Shown one piece after another: positions 13,188 through 26,400 of a DNA stretch of 64,000 nucleotides. The notes under the pieces are model-generated. The model was not told the DNA's origin. It did no database searches and saw only the letters and a program-made list of their open reading frames with translations. The position numbers were made by a program, and so were the translations under genes. Source of the stretch: Rhynchobatus australiae (lineage: Eukaryota); assembly GCA_034780895.1 (NCBI GenBank), contig JAUZTB010000063.1, forward strand, positions 29,042,140 to 29,106,139, written 5' to 3'. Position 1 is the stretch's first letter. Every line of letters begins with the position of its first letter.

Positions 13188-13629
13188 ATCATAGAGTCAG
13201 AGTACTATAGCATGCAAACAGGCCCTCTGGCCCAACTCGTCCATGCCGCTGATAGTGCCCACCAAGCTAATTCCATCTGCCTGCATTTGGCCCATATCTG
13301 TCTGAACCCCTCTTATCCATGTACTTATCCAAATGTCTTTTAAATGTTAAATTTCCTCTGGCAGCTCATTCCATATGCTCACCACCCTCTGCACGAAGAA
13401 GTTGCCCCTCAGGTCCCTTTTAAATCTTTCACCTCTCACCCTAAACCGATGCCCCCTAGTTTTTAGTTCCACTTCCCTGGGAGAAAGACTATGTGTGTTC
13501 ACCCTGTCTATATCCTTCATGATTTTATACACCTCTATAAGGTCACCCCTCAATCTCCTACATTCCAAAAACTAAAATACTAGCCTGCCCAACCTCTCCA
13601 TATAACTCAGGCCCTCGAGTCCTGGCAAC
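13188..13629 (-). mobile_element. CR1-type LINE 3' end
   Basis: ECRRLRGDLIEVYKIMKDIDRV..KTRGHRFRVRGERFKRDLRGNFFVQRVVSIWNELP is the CR1 ORF2 C-terminus. Confidence 0.88.
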
Positions 13630-14424
13630 GCTCACACGTTATCTATAAATTCACCAATGACACCATTGTTGTTGGCAGTATCTCAGATGGTGATGAGGAG
13701 GTATACTGGAATGAGACAGATCAGCTGGTTGAGTGGTGTCACAACAACAACCTCACACTCAATGTCAGCGAGATCAAGGAATTGATTGTGGACTTCGGGA
13801 AGGGGAAGATGGAAGAACACTGTGGGGTCAGCAGTGGAAAGGGTGAGTAGCTTCAAGTCCCTGGGCGCCAACATCTCAGAGAATCTATCTTGGGCTCAAC
13901 ACATTGATGCAATCACAAAGAAGGCATGCCAGTGGTTCTACTTCATTAGGAATTTGAGATTAGCTACGTCACCAAAGACTCTTCCAAAATTTCTATAGAT
14001 GTACGGTGGAGAGTATTCTGACTGGTTGCATCACCGCCTGGTATGACGGCTCCAATGCACATGATCGAAAGAGGCTGCAGAGGGTTGTAGGCTCAACCAG
14101 CTCTATCATGGGCACAATCCTCCCCGCCAAGAGGTGGTGCCATCCGTCATTAAGGACCATCCCCACCCAGGACATGCCCTCTTCACGTTACTACCATCAG
14201 GGAGGAGGTACAGGAGCCTGAAGAGCCCCACTCAACATTTCAGGAAGAGTTTCTTCCTCTCCACCATCAGATTTCTGAACAGTCCATGAACCCACGAACC
14301 TTGTGATTCCTCTTTTGCACTATTTATTTTTGTAACTTATAGTAATTTTTATGTCTTGCTCTGTACTGCTGCCAAAAAACAACAAATTTCACGACATATG
14401 TCAGTGATAATAAACCTGATTCTG
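13630..14424 (+). mobile_element. 5'-truncated Rex1/Babar-type LINE nested in the CR1
   Basis: Peptides AVERVSSFKSLGANISENLSWAQHIDAITKKA and ESILTGCITAWYDG..DRKRLQRVV; ends in the ataataaacctgattctga tail. Confidence 0.82.
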
Positions 14425-15065
14425 AACATTCTTATAAGTTGTCTCTGCAATCTTTCCAGTTTAATGATTTCTTTCCTATTACATGGCATTCAAAACTGTA
14501 CACAATGCTCCAAGTGTGGTCTCATGAACGTCTTGTGCAACTGCAACATAATGTCCCAACTCCTATCTATACTCAGTGCCCTGACTGATGAAGGCCAGCA
14601 TGCCAAATGCCTTCTCTACCACTACCCTGTCTACCTGTGACATCACTTTCAGTGAATTACGTATGTACTCCAAGGTCCCTCTGTTCCACAACACTCCTCA
14701 GGACCCAACCATTCACTGTACAAGTCCTACCCTGGTTTGACTACCCAAAATACAACACTTCGCATTTATCCAAATTGAAAGCCATTTGCCAATCTTCAGC
14801 TCACTTACCTCGCTGAACAAGATCCCCCCGTAATTTTTGATAATCTTCTTCACTGTCTACGACACCACCTATTTTCGTGTCATCCACAAACTTACTAATC
14901 GTGACTTGTACATTCTCATCCAAATCGTTCATATAAAGCACAACAAACGTCCCATCACCGACCCCTGTGGCACACCACTAGTCACAAGACTCCAGTCTGA
15001 GAAACAACCTTCCACCATCATTTTCTTTGACCATGGCTTTCTATCATTGCGCCAATTATGAATCC
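14425..15065 (-). mobile_element. Continuation of the interrupted CR1 LINE (RT region)
   Basis: CR1 sequence resumes (aacattcttataagttgtctctgcaa..aactgtacacaatgctccaagtgtggtct) and includes the reverse complement of a GVPQGS-type motif near 14960. Confidence 0.75.
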
Positions 15066-15069
15066 CTAT

Positions 15070-17600
15070 CTCTCTAATGCAGCTGATTTCCACCTTAAAA
15101 GGGCAAAATTAGCTTGTGATCTATGACTAAGACTTATGGTCTGTCCAGCAGCAACTTGCAGAATTTGCTGATTTCAAAGATTATTGCCAGGGCCTCTTTA
15201 TCAATCCAGACATATTTTTTGTTTGTATTCAGTGTTCTACAGGTGTGAGTAATGGGTCTTACTGTCCCATCATCCATTATATGACTAGTCACCAAACCAA
15301 TTCCACATTTTGTGACAATCTACTCCAACTTGTGTGCTCCATTGAAGTCACTGTGCTCAAGCTGAGAAATTTCTTGCAATCCTCAAAGGCCTTCTCCCGG
15401 TCCTTGGTCCACATCCATTCATTATCCTTAAGTGATGTTGAAGGAGGTGCAGTGCCATAGCCAAATCTGGCAGGAAGTCTGCACAGTACCACATTATGCA
15501 GCATGCCTAAAGAGGAACATAATTCTGAAATACTTGAAAAAGTATTTGCCTTCATGATAACCGTAGTTTTCTCCTCAACTGGCTACATACCCTATTTATC
15601 CACCTTAAGCCCTAAAGAAAACCATTCTATGTCACACATTGTATTTGTAAAATATCTGCAGGATTTGCTCCAGAATCATGGCAGTTACAATTACAAGAAG
15701 GTTTTGATTGAAGACATCTGTCAAATCCCTGTAATAGCTGATCCACCGTGGTTTGAAGTATCTTAGGAGCAGACTTAACTCCAAAAAGCAGCTTTGTATA
15801 CCTATACAAATCCTTTTGTTATTTAATGTCAAAATTATGGCTCTCAGTTGGGCATAAGGATGCAAAAGATCTACTTTTGTTACAAAAAACTTTGTACCAG
15901 CCAACTCAGCTTTAGATTCTGACATGGTTTTTAAAGTCATTTATTCTCCAGAGGGAATCTTAAAAAACATTGAGGTATCTACCAATCAGATTTGATCTGC
16001 TGATGTCCAGGCACAGAAGATTTCCTTCCATTTAATCTTTCAGCCAATCGTCACCATCCAAACTAGGTCATTCTAGGTGAATGTTGGTAACCACGGGGAG
16101 TTGGATACTTGTCCTCTGATATTCCACTCTGCTCTCTACTTTTCCTAGATTGTAGCTGGGTGCTTCTGAATACACTTGTAAATGTGGAGTATGAGACCAT
16201 AAAGCTATATATCAAAGTATTGGTCATAGAGATTCCAGCATATAACTCACCTGTCAGCTACAATGCCCAACTGTATTGTAAGAAGCTTGCTATTAACCTT
16301 CAACTTCTACACATACATAATGTGCAGATTATTTCCAGTGATAAAACAATGATACCAAAAGATGCAATGCCCATTTATCAGAGTCTGGTCTGTTACAAAT
16401 TATTCTGCTTCAGAGAAAGGAGTGAGAGAAGATCATCCACATAATTCAATTCTTTGAACAGTCTATAATAGCCATTGTGACAGGAATATATCTCATATTC
16501 AGTGCAAAAGCATCCGCTGCTCAAATGAGGCACAATGCTGTCTGTTGTAAAATTTGATGCATGGAGGTCAATTCCTACTAGAACTTTGGTATTACCTGTA
16601 AGACAGGAGAGTGCAAGAATCCAATGGTTCCAAGGATGACTACACCACCAAAATAATTCACATACACCAAAAGAATTAAGATGCCAGAATTACTGCCAAA
16701 AGGCTTGTCAGTTATTAACATACATTGGGTAGTATTTCACCTGTAAACCAGATTCAACTGCAGCATAACAATTTAAAATCCATCTTGCAAGTGGCACAAA
16801 AATGCCTCAGCAATGCAGAAAACGAGTAACAAACTGCAACTGCTGGAAACAATCAACTTAACTTGTTAAAAGCATTACACAAGGTTCTTGCTTTGTTAAT
16901 TCTTCCAAAATTTCAGGTATGCTTTCACAGTAGGAATTTTATTTAGTCAACCCACAATTATATTGTAAAATAGGATACAAATTTAGAAAGAAAAGCTCTC
17001 ATTAGTATAAAAGGGTACCTGCACCAAGCCCAGCTTGTTCGCTGACGACTGCACTTCAAAGGAGCATGGGTAAAGATGAAGCTGCAATACTGGGCTGACT
17101 CCCTGAGAGGTACCATTTGAAAATACCTCCGCTCTGGAAGCATACAATTGGTGAATTTATCTTACACAGAAGAGGGAGGCCTAATTCTTCCTGACACCAT
17201 GAAGACATTTTTATGCACTTGCCTGTGGAAAAGCCTGTTACAGTTATTGAGGAATCAGGACTGGATTGAATCCAACTGAGGCAAAATCCAAGAGATTGCC
17301 TCTTCAAGGGCATGGAGGAGTTCAGATTGGGCAACAAATACAGATTGCAAATTACAGTTGCCCTGTGCTTCTCCTGTGTAGAGATGTAATTTTCATCAAA
17401 CTATATGTTCTTGTCTCTGTCTTTTTATGAAAGAAATTTCAAGATCTTTTCGAACTTCTCGTTGCACTTTCTCAGCTGTGATTATGCTGTGATAATGGCT
17501 CTGGAACACAGCCCCCAGGAATAAGGTAATACCTACAAAATATTAACAGCCAACCTGTTGACCTCCCAGGATCCGTTGTCTCACTTCCCACATAGCTTGC
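15070..17600 (-). mobile_element. Degraded Gypsy/Ty3 LTR retrotransposon gag-pol
   Basis: Minus-strand peptides LAGTKFFVTKVDLLHPYAQL, YRYTKLLFGVKSAPKILQTTVDQLLQG, LKDNEWMWTKDREKAFEDCKK and an RNase H-like IDKEALAIIF; gag-like remnant near 17340-17520. Confidence 0.72.
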
Positions 17601-19559
17601 ACCATTGCTTCACAATCTATATACTGAATTTTAGTCCAAAGGGCACAAACTGTGTTTCTACCATTTCAAAAACATAAAATAGGTAAATTGCTAAACTGGA
17701 CTGATACATATTCACATCTGAGTAGTGGTGGACATCACCTTTGTAAGTCACAATCAATCTTGCATTGTAACATGGAAACCAGAGATGAGTGCAGGGAGAA
17801 ACCAGTGCACCTGACACTTGCATATGATACTGGACCCAACACTGAGTACAGGGGCAGAGTACAAATGTATTCAGTTGAAGGGCGGGGTGTACCACACATC
17901 CAGAGAAGGTTGGCTTTGAATGGAGTTGTTAACCTTGATAAAGATGATAAGGGCAATTAAGTGGTTTATTTATTATTTTTCACCCTATTTTATGCTTTAA
18001 ATTAAATTTTAGTACTTTAAACCATTAAGTAAATTCATTTGTGATTCTTTTTAATAATTTTCATTTATTTTGTTATTTATATGTTTTTGAATTCTTTTTA
18101 AATGTCTGATTACATTATCATTTAGAGCAGTGTAGAGAGCTGTCAAAATTCTATCAGAACGTTCAGGGGACAGGGCCTCAGGATCCGTCCTCTGTGACCC
18201 ATTTGCCACTCGTAGCTTGCTCCATTTCATGGGATAACCACGTCAACCAGTCCTCAAGATCAGCTGGCACTACAGAGGTGCCAACATTTAGGTGAACAGT
18301 GCAGGTGAGTTTGGGGATAAAGGTGTGGATGGAGGGCCAGATCATGTATGATCAAGCTGACCCTAATAATGTCATTGAATGAACAACAAACTATTTCATC
18401 ATTTCTAGCTGCAATATCAATCTATCTGTTAGAAAGTGTATGTGATTAAAGCAAAAGCTGATCTGACATATGCGTGAATGCACCAGTGGCCCAGCTTACA
18501 TTGGTATAGAAGGGTGATACTTGAACTTGGGAGGGGGATGGGCAGTAATTAATATATACTAATGAGGTGTCGGAAATATTGTCATTGATTAGGACGGAGT
18601 CTCCACTTCAGTTCTGTAACAGGAGGCAGATTTTCTTTCCAACTCATGAATTTCAAAATTTAAAACAGTAACATTAAAATTGTTATATTGTATGCACCTT
18701 TATGTTTAATGCACTTGGAATCAGAGATACTGCTGTATATAAAATTATATGCTTTAACAAAATTCAAATTCAAACTATAATTTTCCAACATTCTCCAGAA
18801 CGATCCAATAATCTTTCCTATGCATTACTTCTACTTAAAGAAAAGTTAATACAAGTCCCTGCATGAGATGGTTTTCTCCAATTCGGGAACACAATGTGTT
18901 TTTTTTAATGGTCAGGATATGAATCCGAATTCAGACAGATGTTCTGCTTCGCATGAAGTAATCTTTTTCTTTACCTGTTCTCTTTCTCATCAAGTGATGT
19001 CAGTCAGAAGATAGTCTAAATCAAGCTGCAAAATTCTGCAAAATGACACACATTGACAAGCAAACAGAACAGTCTAAACACTCAAACAGTTAAAATCACA
19101 CTCATCAAAGACAAAGAAATGAAGACTGACCATAAGTCTACCACTTAAATCTGAAATTCATGATGCCAATGCTTCATTTTTTTTGTGTTTGAAGGTAAGA
19201 TCAAAACCAGCATCAGGTGTCATCTTAGCATTTAGTGCCATAAAAGAACATTATTGCATGATTTATTATTTGATCTATTGTGATGAATTTACTATGTATA
19301 ACACAAATGTATTTCAGAATGCAGGTCTGCACTGGCTTCCACAGATCAAATTCAATCCACAGCTGCAACAAAGTTGTAAAGCAGCAAAGTGATGGAAGGT
19401 GGAGCCAACTATTCTTTCCAACTGCACTGATCAACAATAATCTGTTCACAACTGCTCAATTTTGGGCTTTGTCGAGGCCACCCGGCTCAAGATCTCATCA
19501 CAGGCTTGAACCAAACCTGGACCAAGGAGATGAATTCTAGAGGTGATGTGAGAGTGACT

Positions 19560-20260
19560 GTTCTTGACTTCATGGCAGGGCACAACCAAATGTGATACGA
19601 AGGGATCTTTGTAAAACTGGGAATCAAGGAAGACATTATCCACCAGCTGGATTCAAACTGCACACAAAGGAAGATGGTTCACGTGAGCCTCAGAAGATTG
19701 GTGTACGAGTTGTTCAGGGCAGTGACCAGAGCCCAAAAATAATCAACTGCTTCAGTAATAATCTTCCTTCCATCAAAAGCCCAGAAGTGCTTATTTTTTC
19801 TGAAGATTTTAAATTGTTCAATTCCACTTGTAACTCTTCAGATAAGAAGCTTCTGCCTGCATGCAAGTTCCAAGCAAAATTCAGGCAAAGGCTGATAAGT
19901 GGCAAGTAACATTCATGGCACAAAAGTAACATCAGAGTTTAATCAGGCTAGTGATTAGTCATCCTCTAACTCTGAAGTCCTCCTACAATCCAGAAGGTGC
20001 AAATCAGGAAAATGATGGAATGATCCCCACTTGCTTGATGATGCAGTTCCATTGATGCTCAAGTATCGCAATTCCACCCAGGCCACTTGAATGACACTGG
20101 ATCTAAGTCCTGGAATTTCTTATTCAACAGCACCGTGGTTGTCTGCTCACTGGGAGGACAGCAGTGGCTCAAAGCAGCAGCTCACCGTCGCTTTTTCAAG
20201 GGCAATGAAGTTAGGGCAATGAAGCTGGCTTTGCCATTGATGCCCACATCCCATAAAGTC
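19560..20260 (+). mobile_element. Degraded CR1/L2-type LINE 3' fragments
   Basis: GVVQGS..IINCFSNNLPSIKSPEVLIFSED is a decayed PQGS..FINDLP..FADD region. Confidence 0.5.
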
Positions 20261-20615
20261 CTGTTGTACAAATTCCTGGCACATTGATTGCAAGACACTT
20301 ACATGCATGCATCTTGTGATATTTAAATCTAAGATTCTAATTCACTATTTTCAAGAGCACCAATGAAGATTGTGTGATTTATCTAGCTTATCCCATAAAT
20401 CACCAAACACAAAATCTGACTGCCTCCTGAATTATCCTAGAGCTTTGCTTTCACTACATTTTCCAGAATACTATTCCAAGTACTGATCAATCAATGTGAA
20501 GAAATGCTTCAACGCTTCATTTTTCACTGTCAAAGTAGTTGTACAGAGGTGGGAAAGAGAATGGTTTTTCAGCTTTGTTACAGATGTAGAAAAAGATTTC
20601 CAAGATAAACCTTAC

Positions 20616-20741
20616 CCTTATCGTAGCATCATCAGAGCTAGAAATAAGCATTTGTTCATCATTTGCAAACTGACATTGTTGAACGCTTTTCGTGTGGCCT
20701 GTCAATGTCCTGACAATTTTACCACTGGGAAGTTCCAGAAC
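20616..20741 (-). CDS. APAF1: APAF1 coding exon (~exon 22), WD40
   Basis: 126 bp, aag acceptor and AGG|gtaagg donor. Encodes VLELPSGKIVRTLTGHTKSVQQCQFANDEQMLISSSDDATIR. Confidence 0.95.
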
Positions 20742-21199
20742 CTTAATGGAAAGGAAAACAAACACATCATTTTAAATCACCCAAGGAGAGAGGAGAGAAG
20801 GCTTTGGAAAAAAAACTATGACTTAAGTGGAAGATAAAAGTGCAGAGCTTTTCACTATTGTTGGTTAAATGATATATTATGAAAGCTATTATTNNNNNNN
20901 NNNNNTAGTTTATTGTTTTTCTTAATTTCAGCAAGCAAAATTTGCCAAAGTGTTGCTGAGAGCCTGCCTGCTTTCTATTTTAATTTTCCAATTTTCTAAT
21001 TTATCATTTCTGCACTGACTTTTAAAAGAACTCAGGTGACATCATCCTCAAACACAGAAAACAAAAAAGTGTTCTGCATAGTTATTAGTCTTTACAGCAG
21101 AGTTGCTGGAAGATACAGTTTAGAAATAAACATATCAACTTATGAATATTAATAGAGAAAATTATATACCAACATTGCAATTAATATAACTGTTGTCTG

Positions 21200-21620
21200 A
21201 ACAATTTCACCGATGATTCCCTTGCAACATTTCATTGTTTTATCAATCCCGTCACTGTTCAATCTTTGAGATTACTAATGCGCCTAATTTCAAAGTTGTT
21301 TCCATCTCCTGTGGCATCCACATTTCACCTAGTTACAATGTTCTTCATAACCTTCTACTGATCTAGGATGCTGTCAGATTACCACACAAATTCTAGCATT
21401 CTCATCAGCTTCATACTGGCCAGACTCCACTAATCCACTTCGCTGAATAAAATCTATTTCAAGATACTTGTCCTTGAAGATTTCCACGACCTTATCACAC
21501 CTCATTTGGAGAGTCTCCTTCGGACATAAATTATAACCCAAAACCTCAATTCTCCCCATTCTAAATTGCTGTTTGCTCTCAACTATTCTCTTCCTTCCTC
21601 TGAAATTCTACAATGATGCT
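21200..21620 (-). mobile_element. Possible LINE ORF1p (RRM-type) remnant
   Basis: ESKQQFRMGRIEVLG..KETLQ..DKVVEIFKDKYLEIDFIQRS..ARICVV resembles the ORF1p pattern EQxSRRxNIEIxG..ET..KV..I.I.RAHR..PRxIIV. Confidence 0.35.
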
Positions 21621-23315
21621 TCGCAACTGGGTGATACAGTTAGCTAACAATATGCAACACAGATCATTGAAAATGAGACTAAACATATTGGGCCAGGAAT
21701 GTGTTGAAGGCTGCTTGGATGTGCTAGAATGAATCATTGACTAGCTACAGTGCAAATGGCAACACAATCTAGACACCAATGAGTTTTGGGGTGTTGAGTT
21801 ATCTCGAGCCCTTTAGCAGCCACAGTCATTTCAATGGGGTTGCTGACCTTCATTTAAGTTCAGGTAAGTTTATGTTTATTCATTATTTCAATTAACAGCA
21901 ATTTCATGCATTTTTAAGAAACACTATATTATTCGGTCAAAAAGTATTGAACATTTGTAAAAACTCCTTCTAAATAATCTTTGAACATCAGAAACATTTG
22001 AAAACAATAAGAAAACATTCTGACAGCAAGAGTCATCAGAAAGGGTGACCCATGGACAGGGTCTCTGGTTATGCTGTCTCTGGCCCAGCTTCTGCTCACC
22101 ATACCTCCTGGAGGGACTGCATCGGTGGCATCGGCAGCTTGTTGGGAGCCACACAGCTGAAAAAATTTAGCATGGTTGTGGAATGTGGTCATTATGACCT
22201 GCCCCAATATTCATTTTTTACTTAATGGAAAATAGTTAAATACAGACTACAAAACTTGTAAGATTACAGTAATTATTTTTTGATAACTTGGCAGAAACAA
22301 AATAAAATTTTTGCAAGCGAACGAAAGGGTCTGTTTCTTATGCAATCAATACAATTTTAGGAAACAAGGCATTGCAGAACTCTATTTTGGCAGAAGGGAA
22401 ATTGGATTATTTAAAATCATACCAAGACATAATGCCTGTTTTATTGCTATTTGCATTTGTCATGTTCATTATAAATAAATGAGTAACAAAAGACAATGAT
22501 TCATCTTTGGGAACAAAGTAATGAAACATAATACTAGTCACTGAATGGATAGTTACACTGATGTTACAGCAAGAATTCAATCTCTGAAAGGTCAAAATCT
22601 ACATTGTTAATTAAGGAGTTATTCTCCATGTCTCTAATCACTAACAACAACATGTAAATACTGCTCTCCTCACATCACCATTCATTATTTTATTTACACT
22701 CATTCCTTGGAGGAGATCTTTTATGGATAATCACCTGTGCTCATAAATGATGCCAAAAAAACTGACACATGCTGGATTCCTTCATATGCTTACTTGTAAT
22801 TAATATTAATACATGATATATTCATGCAGAAATGGATTTTCCCTCCCAAAACAGTTAACAAGAAAGACCTCAAAGAATCTTAAAGGAATTTTTTTCTCAA
22901 AAACATTCAAAAGCAATTCCCTTGCATTCCAAGGGGAAAACAATTTTTTTTATTATCCTAAATATTTAATATTATTTACTGCTGCATTTGCACTTCAGAG
23001 CCCCAAAAAGTCGACTTATATATTTAAAAATTACACCAGTGAGAAATTTCTCAAAAAAACTTCTCAATTTCCTAATCAATGTTTTCTGAAATTAATCCTC
23101 CCTTATTCTTGTTGGGACTGAATCTATTTAATTGGCTGAACTGTGCAGAGCAGCTTCACTTAAATGCAAGAATATTTGAACTTCAAATTAACCCAAACCA
23201 CTGAACTATCATTCTCAGCAACACTCAGTAACTACACCAATGGGGATGCTTTTAGCAGAAATCCATAGTTAATATAATTCTTAGATTAAATTCTTAGGTT
23301 AAATTAGACCTGCAC

Positions 23316-23423
23316 CTTTACTATGCCTTTTTCTAGCCCTATAGCTATCAACAGGCTCTTCTGGAATTGTTGCCTCATCCACCCAATGTTCTGTAGGACG
23401 AACTTGGCCGACTTCACGCCTAC
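23316..23423 (-). CDS. APAF1: Probable APAF1 exon ~21, divergent WD40
   Basis: 108 bp open frame after a gctaat branch-like motif, a T-rich tract and a tag acceptor. Encodes VGVKSAKFVLQNIGWMRQQFQKSLLIAIGLEKGIVK; the C-terminal part resembles YIAFGDENGAIE. Donor AAG|gtgcag, with an alternative CAG|gtctaa 6 nt further. It is the only candidate I found between exons 20 and 22. Confidence 0.7.
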
Positions 23424-26400
23424 CTATAACATCAACAATATAGGAAAAAACATTGAAACCATTAGCAAAAAAAACTCAACATTAAGCATCAATGTGCATG
23501 CAAAAATAAACATACACAAAGCTTAGCTATTGAACATTTTTGCAGTCTGATCATCACTCTTCATCAACCTCATACAAAGGGATCATTTCTATGCAAGAAA
23601 TTAATTCTGCCTGTTTTATGAGTGGCACTAGTTCATTATTCCCTTTGTTTGATCCTTTTTGATGTCCCAAATGCTTCTGATTCCTGGTAGCATGCTGTTG
23701 TNNNNNNNNNNCAATTTGCTGTCAATGCTAATAAATGAATTACACATGAATTTCTGTTGTCTGATTGAATAAATTAGAAGTTAATTTATGCAGCTTTTAA
23801 AAACATTTTTAATTGCTAAGTAACTCAAATCTTCAAGCCTTTTTTTGAATATAACATTTATGTTAAACAATGGAGGTCAAGACAAAGTTCATAAATGGAA
23901 ATGCTAATCATATTACAATGATTCACATAAGGTTTTAAGTTATAAACATTAGCTGCAATTAATCAAGTTATATTATGCTTTTTTAAAATTTTACTGCTTA
24001 TTTAAGAAACTGACTAATGGAATATTCACAATATATCAAACATAGCTTTTTTGTGCTGAGAAGAAAAATATTTACTTCCACCATCTGAGATAGAGTACTT
24101 GTTATAAATCTCATCAATGCTAATATATTAGTCTCCTAACAGTGCTGGATTATATAATTAAGAATGGCCATTTGCTTCAGAATAACCATCACTAGAAATA
24201 AAATGCTGAATTCATTTATGGGATGAGGGCATTCATGGCAAACCCAGCATTTATTCCCATCCCTCATTACCTTCAAGAAGGTTATAGTGAACTGTTTATT
24301 TTTATGTGTGTGGTCGATGTGGAGAAGGGGATGTTAAGGCAGGGAGTTTTGACCTAGCAATAATAAAGAGATGGTGGTACTAATTCAAAATCAGCACCAT
24401 GTATGCAACTTGGAAGTTATGTGCTTCAGTGCATGCTGGCCTTATGACCTCCACCACCTCAAAAGGATAAATTTAGGAAGTGCTGTTAAAAACTTCTGTT
24501 GTTCAAGTCTGGACAACAGTCTAAAATTCTTCTTTTAGTACTTTCCTTAACCTCCTCAATTAGCCATGGATCATTGTTTTGTGGAGTTTTTAAAATCAAA
24601 AGAATACACATTTATCAAGAATTCTGAATGTTTTCTCCAAATGCTTCCTAACTTTTATTAACTGGTGAACTTTTTTTGTTATTTAATTTCCCAATCTACT
24701 TTAGCCCATGCACTACTCATTTGACAAGTTTCCAACTGATCCCATTCTCTTATGGTGCTAACAAAATGCTATCATATTGCAATCACTTCTCCTTAAAGTA
24801 TCTCTTAATGAGATTCACCTTGTTTTATTACACAAAATAGCCTGCTGTCCATTTATTTCTACCAGACCCTGTTCAAGAAAATGACCTGAATTGGAATTGG
24901 ACCTGCAAAGTATTTTAGCCAATTTGATTTGCCCAGTGTTTACAGAAATTAAATTTCCAAATCGTTTTGTTGTGTTTTTTTTTCAATTTCTTAACTCCCT
25001 TTGCAGTTGTGTGCTGTTATAAGGGGATGTTATTTTCCATTTATTTCTATCCACACTGATGCTATGATTCTGGGCCAAGATCATTCCTTTTTGCTGTCCT
25101 TAAAGCATTCTGTATTATCAGTGCTAGCATACCTACATCTCGTCTGTACCTTCGAAATGTCAAGAACCCTGGAATATTTAATTCCCAATCTTGGTCATCA
25201 GGCAATCACCCAAAAAATATTTGGTCAAGACCATTCATCCGTATCTGCCATTGATTTTCCTCTGTTATTATAAATGTTTTAATCATTGTGATACATTTTT
25301 AACACTTCAACCATTAATCTTTGAATTGACATTAACTAATGCACCATTACGGTTAGATTCTCTGACCCTTCCTCTCTCACTCTACCTATGATTACTCGAA
25401 TGCTATTTCACCTTGGAGCTTGGATACTTCCAGTCAAATCTATAATCTTTCCCTTACCCTTAACCTGACCATCCACTTATATTAATTTAAAACCCCATCA
25501 ACAGCCCTGGTATCCTCACAAATAGATAACCAAGCCCAGTTTAAATGGATCCTGTGGAATAGCTCTCTCTTTCTCTGGTACTGAACCCAGTATCCCATGA
25601 ATCCAAACCCCTTGGTCCCACAATCCCCCTTGAGTAAATAATTTCACTCTTTGACTTGTTCAAATCTACCCTAATTTTTGAATGTCTGAGGTACCCAGGG
25701 CTATTTTCCTTGCATTTTAATTTAGTTCCTAGCTCTGTAACATCTCTCAGCAGAAACTCATTCCTACTTGGGGAGCCAAAGTTCCTCAAATTGCAGACCT
25801 TTCTGGTCAACATCAACTTCCACAATGCTGCGCCTGCCCTGCTATGTCTATTGATATATTTTACACGTTACAATTAATTGAGGCCTCTCTTTGACTTTAA
25901 CCAATTAGTTTATCTAACCGAGAAATAATTAGTCTTTATTACTTGTAGCCACCTTTGTCTAGCTTGTTGTAGACCATTAAAGGACATGGTAGAGTTGTTA
26001 TTATTCCCCTTGTGCTAATTGTCTCACCACCTGCTGCAGACCCCATTCAGGGGTCAGTCCGCTCGCTCAGTCAGTTATCCTGCTGCTGAGCAACTCCTGT
26101 AGCTGGATTGAAGATTCATAACCAGGTCCATTCTGGACCCTTTGCTACCCTGAGTGCTTCTTCCAAATGTCATTCAGTACAGCGGAGGGCTGATTGTCAC
26201 ACTGAGTGTATGTGTGTGTGTCAGTGCGGGTAACCCAAGGCCAAGAGGTCTAGACTCAGTTCTGAAGATTTCCAGGCTACCTTGACTCTGTACTACTGCA
26301 ATGCCACCTCTGGTAGGACATGGCCGGAGATCATAATGGAGGAGTCTGGAACATTAGCTGAAAAGTATTATTCTGTAAATACAACAATGTCAGTTTTGCC

